Positions 11,134-23,134 of a stretch of DNA of 64,000 nucleotides are shown in pieces (the stretch's first letter is position 1; every line of letters begins with the position of its first letter). Source of the DNA: an uncultured Actinomycetes bacterium (GTDB lineage Bacteria; Actinomycetota; Actinomycetes; Streptosporangiales; Streptosporangiaceae); NCBI GenBank assembly GCA_963742055.1, contig CAVUKT010000050.1:5829-69828 (forward strand), written 5' to 3'. The notes beneath the pieces are model-generated. The model did no database searches, had not been told where the DNA came from, and saw nothing but the letters and a program-made list of their open reading frames with translations. A program made the translations under genes and the position numbers.

Positions 11134-11343
11134 ATGCAGCTCAGCGCGCGCAATCAGATTCCGGCCAGGGTCACCAGCATCAACTTCGGAGAGGCGACCG
11201 CCAATGTTGCGCTGGACGCGAATGGCGTCCGGCTGGTGGCCTCCATCACCGTAGAGGCGGTCAAGGAACTCGGGCTGGCCGAGGGCAAAGAGGTGATCGC
11301 GGTGGTCAAGGCCTCCGACGTCATCGTCGCGGTCCCGGACTGA
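11134..11343 (+). CDS. Molybdenum-pterin-binding (Mop/TOBE) protein, 69 aa
   Basis: MQLSARNQIPARVTSINFGEATANVALDANGVRLVASITVEAVKELGLAEGKEVIAVVKASDVIVA is the classic single-TOBE Mop pattern. GAGAGGA RBS about 8 nt upstream of ATG 11134. Confidence 0.85.
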   Translation: MQLSARNQIPARVTSINFGEATANVALDANGVRLVASITVEAVKELGLAEGKEVIAVVKASDVIVAVPD

Positions 11344-12888
11344 CCGCGGCCACCTGCTCGGCCCCGGGCCCGGCGGCCACCACGGCGCGCCGTGCGGGCC
11401 GGGTGAGCAACTGCCGGATCATGGATGCCGCTAGCCCCGCCGCGACCACGAACGCGAGCGACGTGGCCAGGTTCATCCCCACCATGTGCCGGGTGGTGGA
11501 GATACCGGCGTAGTAGGCGGGCGGGATGAACGCCACCATCGCGCACCCGATCATGCACAGCACCATCACCGCGCCGTCCCGGCGCCAGGCCCGGGCCCGC
11601 CCCCAGGCCAGCGCCACGACCGCTACGGCCGCCATGACCAGCCACAACGGGATCAGCAACCAGAGGCCCAGGCCGGGCGGGAGCTGGTGCACCAGCCAGG
11701 TCAGCACGACCACCCGGGACTCGTACGCGCCTTTCCGATGGCCGGCGGACACCGGGTAGTCGCCCAGGGTCGTAATCCGGAACCGCTGGGCCGCGATCGC
11801 GGCCGACTGGCCGACGCTCAGGATGCTGGCCGGATGGGCCAGCAGGTAGTGGGTGATGTTGCTGTCGGTCAGCTTGTCCGTGTACCGCGGGTAGAGCGGG
11901 CTCTGCCGGACCGACGTCGTGTCCCAGTAGTAGTGGCCCGCGTACCTGGCCCAGCTGACCGGGAGCCCCAGCGCCCGGAGCTGGGCAGGTGCGGTGGCCC
12001 GCTTGGTCACGATGTCGGTGAAGAGCATGTCCACGGCCTGGATGTGGTGCAGCCGCTGGCCATACGAGCTGGTGTAGTCCCAGATCGCGTAGGCGCTGGT
12101 CATCAGCGGCCAGGGCCGCGGCGACCAGGACCGCCGCGGTGGCCTGCTGGGTCCGGAACCGGCGCAGCCCCCGCCAGGGGCCACCGCCGGCGGCGGCCAG
12201 GACCAGGGTGACGCAGATCGGTGCGGCCAGGACCAGGTACTGCTCCTTGGACAAGATGGCCAGGAAGCCGCCGGAACCAGCCAGGATCAGGCCGAACACG
12301 GTCGGCCGCCAGCCCCGGCCCAGATACACCACCCCGGCCGCGACCAGCATCAGGCCGACCAGGGCGGCGGGCTCACTGAACGGCCCGGCGAACACGTCGA
12401 AGAAGGCCGCGTCGGCGATAATCAGCCAGCAGGCCGCCGCCACCAGCAGTTGGGCCCACAGCCTGATCCGGAGCCCGACGGCCAGGCTCGCGATGGCCAC
12501 CGAGGCGAGCGCGCACCACACCGCGCCCACCGCGATCAGGTTCAGCGTGCCGGACAGGCCGAAGACCGGGGTCAGCACCCGGCCTATCTCCAGCGGGACG
12601 AGTTCCGATGACGGATAGGGGACCCGCCCCTCGCACCTCTGCTTGGTCACGTACTCGAAATAGGCGAACCGGAAGAACCTGGGGTGGTGTCCGGTGAGGG
12701 GCCCCAGGCCGAGGCCGCACATCAGCCGGGGGCCGTCCCGGTTGTCGGCCTGGCCCACCGGCGTGGGCACCAGGAAACGGATCAGGAGCGCCCCAGCGAC
12801 ACACCGAAGATCGCCAGCCAGCGGCCGGTGCTGCCCCGCAGGCGGCCCGGTGACCCGCCGCCTGCCCTCTCCTGATCAGCCCGTTCAT
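11321..12888 (-). pseudogene. Polytopic integral membrane protein of unknown function (possibly glycosyltransferase-C-like), at least 2 frame changes
   Basis: Fragments 12373-12888, 11154-12770 and 11321-12184. More than 10 hydrophobic segments (LNLIAVGAVWCALASVAIASLAVGL, LVGLMLVAAGVVYLG, LWLLIPLWLVMAAVAVVALAW). No catalytic motif recognised. Confidence 0.5.
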
Positions 12889-13104
12889 CGCCAGGCACTA
12901 GATCGACCTTCCGGTTTCCTGCCCGTGATCAAAAGTCCCGGCGTGGCTCCGGTCAGCGGGTGAATACGCGGTTTACCGTGGCTTTTGCTTTTACATTGGC
13001 GCGCTTTAACTTTTGTGGTCCCAGTTGACTGGCCGAGCCAATTCCAGGATGCGTTATGCCCTGGAGACTACTCCGCGCAAAGGATCCCCGGGCGCTGTCC
13101 GCGC

Positions 13105-15152
13105 TTACGGGGCGGCGGGCCGGAATGTCGCCGCCAGGACCTTGAAGATGCGCCAGCTCTGGCCCCACTGACTCTCCGGCGTGGACCAGTACAACGCGTA
13201 GGCGTGGTGCGCGTTGGCCAGGATGTTGCGATTGAGAACGTGGGTCAGAACACCCTGGCGGTAGTAGCTGAATTCCCAGTCGGCCGCCTTTTCCGCCTGC
13301 GCATAGCGGACGGACTCGAGCCGGATCCGGTGGTAGCCGGGATACGTGCTCTCCCGGTTGGCCTCCTGCTGCTGCCAGTCCGCGAGCGGGTTGGGCTGGG
13401 GATGATCGCTCTGGTCGATGAGCAGGAAGTCTGCTCCGAGGGCGGCAGCAGGTAAACGTAGTGGCCCTGGTGCGACACCCGCCACCCGTCGGGCACGGCG
13501 ATCGAGAAGCCGGTCGAGTTACGGAAGTGGTGGAAGCCGGCCGGGATGACGGCGGGGCCGGGCGTGCCCTGGGCCGGGGCCGGCGAGGCCCGCGGCGGGC
13601 TCGTCGAGGCGCTGGACGTGGCCCCGGGCGTGGCGGAGTGCGAGGACGCCGGGCGGGCCGTGGAGTGGCTCCGGTTCCCGGTAGCCAAGGTCGTGTGATG
13701 GCTGGCCGCGATCATGGCGACGACGACCCCGGTGACCAGGACGAGCGCGGCAGCTGCGGCGAGCACCCAGGTGAGCTGTGTGCGGCGCGGCGACCCGCCT
13801 GGTTCCGAAGCCTCCGGCGGCCGGTCCCCGATCGTGACGGGCGCCCGGGCCGCCGCGTCGCGCGCCTCCGGCGGCACGGCCGCATCCGGTTTACCGGGCA
13901 AGGTGCCGGGGTCGGACTGGCCCGGCAGGGTGACCGGCGCTGGTTCGGCGGGGGGAGGCCCGGGCTCTGGTTCAGCGGGGAGGGGCTCGGCCTCTGGTTC
14001 GCGGGGCGGGGGGCCAGGTCTGGTTCGGCCGGGAGGGGCTCGGCCTCTGGTTCGCGGGGCGGGGGGCCAGGCTCTGGTTCGGCGGGCGGGCCGGCGTCCC
14101 ACGGGCGGAGCGTCTGGGTGTGCTCGGCGCTTTCGAGGCGGCTGCCCGGGCGCATCCGGTCCGCGCCCGCGCCAGGGACCGGCGGCGGGAACCCCGGCAG
14201 CGGTGCGCTGACGTGCTCCCCGCCCGTCCCGGCCACCTGGCGCAGCAGCCGCTCCGCCTCGGCCGGGCCGAGCCGGGCGGGACGGGACGTGATCCAGCAA
14301 CCCCCGGATGACCGGCCACAGCGCCCCGGCCCGGGTCGGCGGATCCGGATCCTCATTGACCACCGCCATCAGGGTGGGCAGCGCACCAGCACGGTCATAA
14401 GCAGGCCGTCCCTCGACCAGGGCGTAGAGCGTGGCGCCAAGGGACCACAGATCCGACTCGGGTCCTCCCCGCTCGCCGCGAGCCCGCTCCGGGGCGATGT
14501 ACGAAGGTGAGCCCACGATCATGCCGGACGTCGTGAGCGTGCTGCTGTCCTGCGTCCGGGCGATGCCGAAGTCGGCGAGGACCGCGCGTCCCGTGGCGTC
14601 GATCAGCACATTTCCCGGCTTGACGTCCCGGTGCATGATGCCGAGCGCGTGCGCCGCGTTTAAGGCCGTCAGCACCTGCAGCCCGACCGCGGCGGCCTGC
14701 TGTGCCGGCAGCGGGCCGTTCTCCTGCACCACGTCACGCAACGACCGGGACGGCACCAGCTCCATGACGATCCAGGGCCGCCCGTCGTCTTCGACGACGT
14801 CGTAGATGGCCACCACGTTCGGGTGGCTCAGCCGGGCCGCGGTCCGCGCCTCACGCAGCGTGCGCTCGCGGAGCATCTCCCGCTCTTGCGGGGTCATGTC
14901 GGCGGGCGGGGACACTTCCTTCACCGCCACCCGGCGGGCCAGGACGTCATCCTCGGCGAGCCACACCGTGCCCATGCCGCCGTTGCCAAGCGCCGAGATC
15001 AAGCGATAACGGCCCGCGACGACATGGCCCGTATCAATCAGCGCTCCCACTCGCCACGAGCTACCCACTGCCCGCCAGTCAAACCCGCCCGCCTTGATGA
15101 TCCCGGTCAATAAGCGGTGCCATGGTGCGGCCCCTGACCAGCAGGCCACCAA
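13105..15152 (-). pseudogene. Ser/Thr protein kinase with Pro-rich repeat linker, one TM segment and an extracellular C-terminal domain; frame change near 13450 and hidden ones in the linker
   Basis: GRYRLISALGNGGMGTVW, HRDVKPGNVLI, DFGIAR, GSPSYIAPE. TM segment LTWVLAAAAALVLVTGVVVAMIAA. C-terminal domain continues in ORF 13105-13485. Likely start GTG 15050; the longest ORF starts at TTG 15152. Confidence 0.85.
13980..14086 (-). repeat. Tandem duplication (53 nt + 54 nt) inside the kinase Pro-rich linker
   Basis: 13980-14032 and 14033-14086 share a perfect 39-nt core, gaggggctcggcctctggttcgcggggcggggggccagg. The copies differ by one C (caggtctgg vs caggctctgg). Confidence 0.9.
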
Positions 15153-15155
15153 CAG

Positions 15156-16522
15156 GTATGAACTTCAACGGTGTAACTCCTGACAAGTAGGGAGACACCA
15201 GTGACAGACGTGACGAGTGGCCAGGGCCAGGAGCCGGCGGGGCTGTCGGCGGCTGATGAGCAGCTGCTGCGGGAGCTTACCGAGCGGGCCCGCACCGGCG
15301 GGCTGAAGCTGACCGGTGAAGGCGGGCTGCTCGGCGACCAAGATGGTGGTCGAGGGCGCACTGGAAGGCGACATGCTGATGATCATCTCGGCTATGGCAA
15401 GCACGACCCGGCCGGGCGTAATGGCAGCAATTCCCGCAACGGCCACCGGGCCAAGACCGTGCTCACCGAGGCCGGGCCGGTGGAAATCACGGTGCCGCGT
15501 GACCGCGATGCCAGCTTCGAGCCGAGAATCGTCGCTAAAAGGCAGCGGCGGCTGACCGGGGTGAGGGACATGGTGATTTCCCTGTCGGCGAAAGGGCTGA
15601 CACACGGGGAGATCAGTCGCGCACCTGGCCGAGGTTTACGGCGCGGAGGTATCGAAAGAGACGATCACCACGATCACCGACCGGGTTATGGACAACTGCA
15701 TGGCGGAATGGCAGGAGCTGGCCGCTGGATCCCGTTTACGCTGTCGTGTTCATTGATGCTATTAACGTGAAGATCCGGGAGGGCCAGGTCGCGAACCGGC
15801 CTGTCTACCTGGCCCTGGGTGTCACCGTGGACGGCGAGCGGGACGTGCTGGGCTTGTGGGCCGGGGAGCACGGCGATGGGGAGGGAGCCAAGTTCTGGCT
15901 GCGGGTTCTGTCTGAGATCAAGAACCGCCGGACGCGGGATGTGCTGATGGTGGTCTGCGACGGCCTCAAAGGCCTGCCCGATGCGGTGAGTGCCGTCTGG
16001 GAGAAGACGATCGTGCAAACCTGCATCGTGCATTTGCTGCGCAATTCGTTCAAGTACGCCTCGAAGACGGGACTGGGCGCAGATCGCGAAAGACCTCAAG
16101 CCCGTTTACATCGCGGCATCCGAGGCGGCGGCGCTGGACCAGTTCGCTGAGTTCTCCGAAAAGTGGGAAGAACGCTATCCGGCGATCATCCGGCTGTGGG
16201 AGAACGCGTGGGCAGAATTCGTGCCGTTCCTGCAGTTCGACCGGGAAATCAGGACGGTGATCTGCACGACCAACGCGATCGAGTCGATCAACGCCCGGCT
16301 GCGGCGTGCGGTGAACGCCCGCGGCCACTTCCCCACCGAGCAGGCCGCGATGAAGTGCCTCTACCTGGCGATCATGAGCCTCGACCCCACCGGCAAGGGC
16401 CGCCAGCGGTGGACCAACCGGTGGAAAGCCCCCCTCAACGCCTTCGACATCACCTTCGACGGACGCCTCAGCGCAGGCAGGAACTAACAACCAAGATCAG
16501 TTACACCGTTAAGTTGACACTC
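15156..16522 (+). mobile_element. IS256-family insertion sequence (about 1.37 kb) flanked by a 10-bp direct repeat
   Basis: Direct repeat ccaccaacag at 15146-15155 and 16523-16532. Imperfect terminal IRs: left ..gaacttcaacggtgtaact (15160-15178); right, reverse-complemented, ..tcaacttaacggtgtaact (16501-16519). One Mutator/IS256-type transposase gene inside. Confidence 0.8.
15201..16487 (+). pseudogene. IS256-family (Mutator-type) transposase, at least 5 frame changes
   Basis: HLGYGKHDPAGRNGSNSRNGHRAKTVLTEAGPVEITVPRDRDASFEPRIVAKRQRRL, VFIDAINVKIREGQVANRPVYLALGVTVDGERDVLGLW, MVVCDGLKGLPDAVSAVWEKTIVQTCIVHLLRNS, ICTTNAIESINARLRR. Fragments 15201-, 15746- and 15990-16487. Confidence 0.9.
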
Positions 16523-16608
16523 CCACCAACAGTGATGGTCAGCCCGGCAGGCTGGAGGGTCCGGTAGCGATCTTGATAGTTAGCGTCAGCCCGACCCATG
16601 CGGGGTGC

Positions 16609-17479
16609 TCACGTTGCCGGGTGCTGGTCGATATCTTGCAGGAATTCCTTCACCGCGGGAACGCGAGGTCGGGCCGGTCGCGGAAGACGCGGTGGCTCCT
16701 GCGGCAACCGGACGAGCCGTGTTGTCGCGGCGGGCAGGTGGTGGGCGAGGTCCTCGACGACAGAGATGGGGCAGATCGGGTCGTCTTCGCCGGCCAGGAC
16801 CAGGACAGGGCAACTGACGTCGGCCAGCACGCTCCAAGGGTCGAATCGGGGTGCCTCGTTGCGGAAGTAGTGCAGGTTGACGTCGGTCGTGTGGATCGAG
16901 CGGGCCAGCCCATGCCGGGATTCTCCGCGAAGCCCGGCTTGGCGCTGACCAGCGGATGGCAGATCCGGTTGAACTCATCTGCCGACCGCTCGGTCATCTC
17001 GGCGAAGTCACGCGCGGCCACAGCGGCCACTTCGTCGCCGCCGAGCCGGCGGAAGATCTCCACGCTAGCCGGATAGTCGATCCGGCCGCCCGTGGTGTTG
17101 GTCAGGATGATCCCGCCGGGGTGGGCAGGGAACATCCCGGCGTAGGTCAGGGCGACGAATCCGCCGAAGCTGCTGCCGAGCACGACTGGCTTGGCCGCCC
17201 GAGCGCGTCGCAGAGCCGGCGCAGGTCATCGGCCCAGGTCGGCAGGTTCCAGAACTCGGCGCTGCTGTGGTCGCTGCGGCCGTGCCCGCGCTGGTCGTAG
17301 AAGATGATCTGCACATCGTCGGCGAGCGGCGCCAGGGCCTGCTTCATGTTGAGTGATCCAGCCCCGGCCCCCCGTGGACCGCGACCAGGGTCGGGCCTCG
17401 ACGACACTTTCGCCTCGGGAAGCAGTGACGGCCCCGACGCGTCGAACCATAGGCGGATGCCACCCAGGTCAAGCAGCAA
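16609..17479 (-). pseudogene. Alpha/beta-fold hydrolase (proline-iminopeptidase-like), at least 2 frame changes
   Basis: IIFYDQRGHGRSD, nucleophile elbow VLGSSFGGFVAL, CPVLVLAGEDDPICP. Fragments 17147-17479, 16650-17183 and 16609-16830. Confidence 0.75.
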
Positions 17480-17649
17480 CGCTGACCTCCGCTGGGCTCA
17501 TTGACTCGGGGCGCGGTCATCATCCGCAGCAGCCATGGGCGATGTGAACATCACTGTACGGACCAGAGGGTTGGACGGCAGAGTGAGTCGTCAGCGCCGA
17601 TGTGGTCTTCGGTCCCGGTGGTGGGTGATCTGCGTTCCCCCATAGCCAA

Positions 17650-17692
17650 CGGTCCTAACTGCTGGTCCCGCCAAGATCGCCAGTTAGGACCG
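17650..17692 (-). other. Perfect 12-bp inverted repeat with 19-nt spacer, downstream of the GNAT gene (terminator-like hairpin or protein site)
   Basis: cggtcctaactg (17650-17661) and cagttaggaccg (17681-17692). No U-tract follows on either strand. Confidence 0.4.
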
Positions 17693-17736
17693 GTTCCGTC
17701 ATAAAGTGGCTCAGAGCTGAACTGTGGACTCGGACA

Positions 17737-18367
17737 TCAGTCGGCGGACGTGGCGGTTGCTGGCTGGGTGGGGTGCTGGTGGTGCCATTCGTCGCGGAGC
17801 ACGCCGAGGACGACGGAGTCGTGGACGCCGCCGGGCCATCGCCGTGCCTGGCGGAAGCGGGCCTCTTCGACGAACCCGAGGCGTCGTCCGACTGCGATCA
17901 TGGCGGGGTTCCCGGAGTAGGTGGCGAAGTCCAGGCGCAGGGCGTCGGTGGCGGCGAAGAGGTAGCTGGTCCAAAGGCGCTAGGGCGTCGGTGCCGTAGC
18001 CCTGGCCCCAGGAGGCCTCGTCGTAGATGACCAGGCCGAGGCGCCGCCAGTCGGTTTGTTCGCACTCCCAGTACCAGCTGGCCTGGCCGAGCAGGCGGTC
18101 GGTGTCCAGCTCGGCGATGGCAAGGCTGTCTCTGGGGTGCGGCAGGCTGGTGGGGTCCCTGGCGGCCAGTTCCGCCATTCGCGCGGCCATCGCGTCGGCT
18201 TCCTCGGAGGTCATCCGTCCGAAGTAAGGGCCGTTGGTGTCGTGCCAGGGGCGGGCGGGGTCGAGCTGGCTTCTGAGCGCTGCAAGATCTTTTTCGTGCC
18301 AGTCCCGCAGCCGGACTTTGCGCCCGTCCAGCTCGATTGGCTGGTCGTTGTCTCGGCTGCGGTCCAC
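17737..18367 (-). pseudogene. GNAT-family N-acetyltransferase (RimJ/RimL-like), one frame change near 17960
   Basis: IELDGRKVRLRDWHEKDLAAL, RLGLVIYDEASWGQGYGTDAL (acetyl-CoA loop), then in another frame LRLDFATYSGNPAMIAVGRRLGFVEEARFRQA. Corrected stop at 17737-17739. Confidence 0.75.
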
Positions 18368-18536
18368 GGCAAGGATCCTGGCATACCGTCCTGTGTTCGC
18401 GTGGCGGGCGGTAACCCGGCCGACGTGGGGAGCCTCGGCCTAAGCGGGTTGGCCGGCGGGGGGCCAAGAAATGGTCGGGGCAGCTCGCTGGTGACTTCCG
18501 TCCTCACTTAGCCGATGGTCCACGGGCGGTGGCTGC

Positions 18537-19122
18537 TCAGTTGTGCTGGCTGGCGGGAGAGGCTGGGCCTTGGGCGTCCGGGTGGGCGTTGCTGGTGATC
18601 TTGGCCCATATGTCCTTGGCTGTTTCTTCGGCCGCTGTGTAGGCGTTCTCGGTGGTTTCCTTGGCGGCGCGGAGGGCTTCTACCTTGGCTTGCAGGCGTC
18701 TGCTGGCCAAGGTGATGCGCCGTTCTTCGGTTCTCCAGGGCTGCGGACTGGCGGCGCAGGCCGGCGAGCTGCTGCTGGGCGTCCTGGTCCTCCTGGCTCG
18801 GGTCTGCGCTGGGGTCCTGGCCTGTTTCCATCGCAGGGTTGTCTGGGCGGCGGGCTTCCTGTTCTAGGTGGCCGATCTGCCGTTCCAGTCTTTTGCGTGA
18901 GGTGGCCACCCGCGCGACGGTCCTTCGGACCTGCGTTAGCGCGTCGAGTTGCCGCTGGTATGCGGCGTCCAGGTCCGGGGAGGCGCTGTGGGGCCGTGTC
19001 CTGGTGTGGGGCCATCGTGGTGCGGCGGATGCTGTCCTGGTCCAGGCGTTGCGGAGGTGGGTATTCAGCCCGCCGCGATGGGACCTGATGCGTCCGCCTA
19101 GTGGTGGTGCTGCTTTGGCCAT
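18537..19122 (-). pseudogene. PspA/IM30-like coiled-coil protein, at least 2 frame changes
   Basis: LDAAYQRQLDALTQVRRTVARVATSRKRLERQIGHLEQEA resembles E. coli PspA helix [24 protein letters not shown]. C-terminal part in another frame: RRLQAKVEALRAAKETTENAYTAAEETAKDIWAKI. The N-terminus does not align cleanly. Confidence 0.5.
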
Positions 19123-19309
19123 GCGCGCTCCCTGGGCTAGCTGCCCATAACGCGTACTATCGCATGTTGGCTTGGCGGGTGCAATCCAAGCCCTGGGCTG
19201 CCCGAGCGGACTGTGCGCAGGTCTGGGCGGTCAGGCAGCTGGCTTGCCTGGGGGGCGGGTCTGGGGTGGGGTGGTCGCAAGGGTCGGGCTGTCGTGAGGG
19301 AGGTTGGTT

Positions 19310-20424
19310 ATGGCTGACGGTGATCGGTGGCATCGGTGGTTGCTGGATGTGCGGCATGGGGGTGATGCTGCTCACCGGGAGCGGTTGCTGTCAGAGTTCT
19401 TGTATCCGTGGCGTGATGAGGTTCTCGGCCGGGCGGGGGTGCAGCCAGGCGCGACGGTCCTTGATGTGGGAACCGGGGATGGGCTGATCGGTTTCGGGGC
19501 GCTGGATCGGGTCGGCGCGGGCGGTCATGTGATCTTCTCGGAGATCTCGCAGGATCTGCTGGATCACTGCCGGGCGGCGGCGGAGGCAGAAGGAGTGCTC
19601 GACCGGTGCTCGTTCGTCCGGGCTGGCGCGGATTCGCTGGAGGGGATAGCGGATGCGTCAGTGGATGTGGTCACGACGAGGTCGGTGCTGATCTACGTAA
19701 AGGACAAGGCAGCAGCGCTGCGCGAGTTTTACCGGGTGCTGCGGCCCGGCGGCCGGATGAGCTTGTTTGAGCCGGTGAACCGGCTGCATGTGGTGCCTGG
19801 CCGTTTCGACGGCTACGACATCGAGCCGGTCGCAGTTCTGGCGGCAAAGGTCCAGGCGTTCTACGACGGGATCCAGCCCCCAGGTAGTGATCCGATGCTG
19901 GATTTCGATGATCGTGAATCCTGGTGCGGCACGCGGAGGACGCGGGGTTCGCGGAGGTTCATCTGGATCTGCGGGTGGATGTGGAGGCCGCGCTGAAGCC
20001 GTGCCCGTGGGACCTGTTTCTGCGCCAGTCAGGTAATCCTCTGGAGCCGCCGTTCGGGGAGGTGCTGGCCCAGGTTCTGGATCCGGCAGAGGCGGCGGAG
20101 TTCACCGCTCATCTGAGGCCGCTGGTGGAGTCCGGTGCTGGTCAGTTGCGGCGGGCGGTGGCGTATCTGGTCGCGGTGAAGGGCACAGTTGGTGCGGCGG
20201 GCGTGGGGCGGGCTAGCGGGGCGCGTGCCCGTCAGGACGACCCGCGGGAAGGGCGATGCACGCCTATGTGGGTCGCCGGTCCTTCCGTGGGTCAGGTGGG
20301 CGCCGGGCGGTACCAGGGCCCGGAGGGGGCGGGCGGGGTGGGTGGGCCGCCTTGGGGTGGTGGTGTGGCTGCCCGTATGGGTGGGGGTGTCAGTAGCGCA
20401 GGTGGTGCCGGGCCACGCGGCTGA
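19310..20424 (+). pseudogene. Class I SAM-dependent methyltransferase; frame change near 19915; true C-terminus uncertain (last ~70 codons are G-rich low complexity)
   Basis: GAGGGAGG RBS. Motif I VLDVGTGDGLIG, then VDVVTTRSVLIY and LRPGGRMSLFEP. Continues in ORF 19924-20424 as VRHAEDAGFAEVHLDL. Confidence 0.75.
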
Positions 20425-20520
20425 GTGGTTGCCGCGCGGCCTGGTGGCCGCCGGTTGCTAGTGCCGTGTCAGGCAACCTTTGCCCTCCCCTGCAACGGCA
20501 CTTGAGGGACACTGAATGGG

Positions 20521-21084
20521 ATGAGGAAAGCCCCGTCGGCGCTAGGACGCCGCGTCATCGTCACTGGGCTGGCCGGGTCCGGGAAGAGCACGTTCTCGCT
20601 CGTGCTCGCTGCCAAGACCGGCTTGCCGGTCATTGTTCTTGACCTCCACTTCTGGAAGCCCGGCTGGGTCGCACCGTCGGAGTCCGAGTGGCGCGAGAAG
20701 CAAAATCGTGTGCTTGCCGGCGACGCGTGGATCGCCGACGGCAACTACCACGAGACACTCGATCTCCGGCTCGAACGAGCGGACACCGTTGTGTTTCTCG
20801 ACCTGCCCTGGTGGGTTTGCACAGGACGCGCGTTCCTGCGCGGCTTCCAAATGCCGGGCGAGTTGCCCGAAGGGTGCGACTATCCGGCCTGGCTGCGGTT
20901 GCGCGATGAGTGGCTATTCGCCGTCCGCATCTGGCGAAAACGCCAGTCAGAACCCGAGCGCGAACACGAAATCATTTCGCAGCACACTCAGCATGTCGCC
21001 CTTTACGTGCTCAGATCCAGGCAGGCGGTCAGGGAATTCCTCGACGGTTTGGACGCCGACCATGTGGAGGCCGACGACGGTTGA
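20521..21084 (+). CDS. P-loop NTPase of the adenylate-kinase / topology-modulation-protein type
   Basis: Walker A VTGLAGSGKSTF, VIVLDLHFWKPGW, WIADGNYHETLDLRLERADTVVFLDLP. Intact ORF. About 58-62% GC in the lines I counted. Confidence 0.8.
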   Translation: MRKAPSALGRRVIVTGLAGSGKSTFSLVLAAKTGLPVIVLDLHFWKPGWVAPSESEWREKQNRVLAGDAWIADGNYHETLDLRLERADTVVFLDLPWWVCTGRAFLRGFQMPGELPEGCDYPAWLRLRDEWLFAVRIWRKRQSEPEREHEIISQHTQHVALYVLRSRQAVREFLDGLDADHVEADDG

Positions 21085-21300
21085 TCGGACGCCGAGTGAC
21101 TCGCCCCGAACGCCCGGCTCGGAGTCACGCCACCAACGAGGCAAACGTTGCCTGACGAGGACTAGGTTGGGTGGCGGGCGAGCGCTGGCGGGTGTCTGAT
21201 AGCTGCGTGGTCCATTCCACGGTTAGCCGGTGGCCTTGGCTTGGGGGTGCCAGATTTTCGGATTCCCTGCGTACTCCTATGGGTCAGAAACTGACCGGGA

Positions 21301-23130
<1,830 letters not shown>

Positions 23131-23134
<4 letters not shown>

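Noticed and set aside
17737-19122. GNAT toxin / antitoxin pair (TacT/AtaT-like)
   Set aside because: The GNAT is about 210 aa and of RimJ/L type. The upstream gene is a ~195-aa PspA-like coiled coil, not a ~90-aa DUF1778/RHH antitoxin, and there is a 170-bp gap rather than coupling.
21200-21300. Possible tRNA remnant or att site at the right edge of the islet (ttcggattccc; hairpins ggtcag-aaa-ctgacc and aggcaa-acg-ttgcct)
   Set aside because: I could not fold a cloverleaf. No matching direct repeat at the left edge and no integrase. The hairpins are adequately explained as terminators of the convergent genes.
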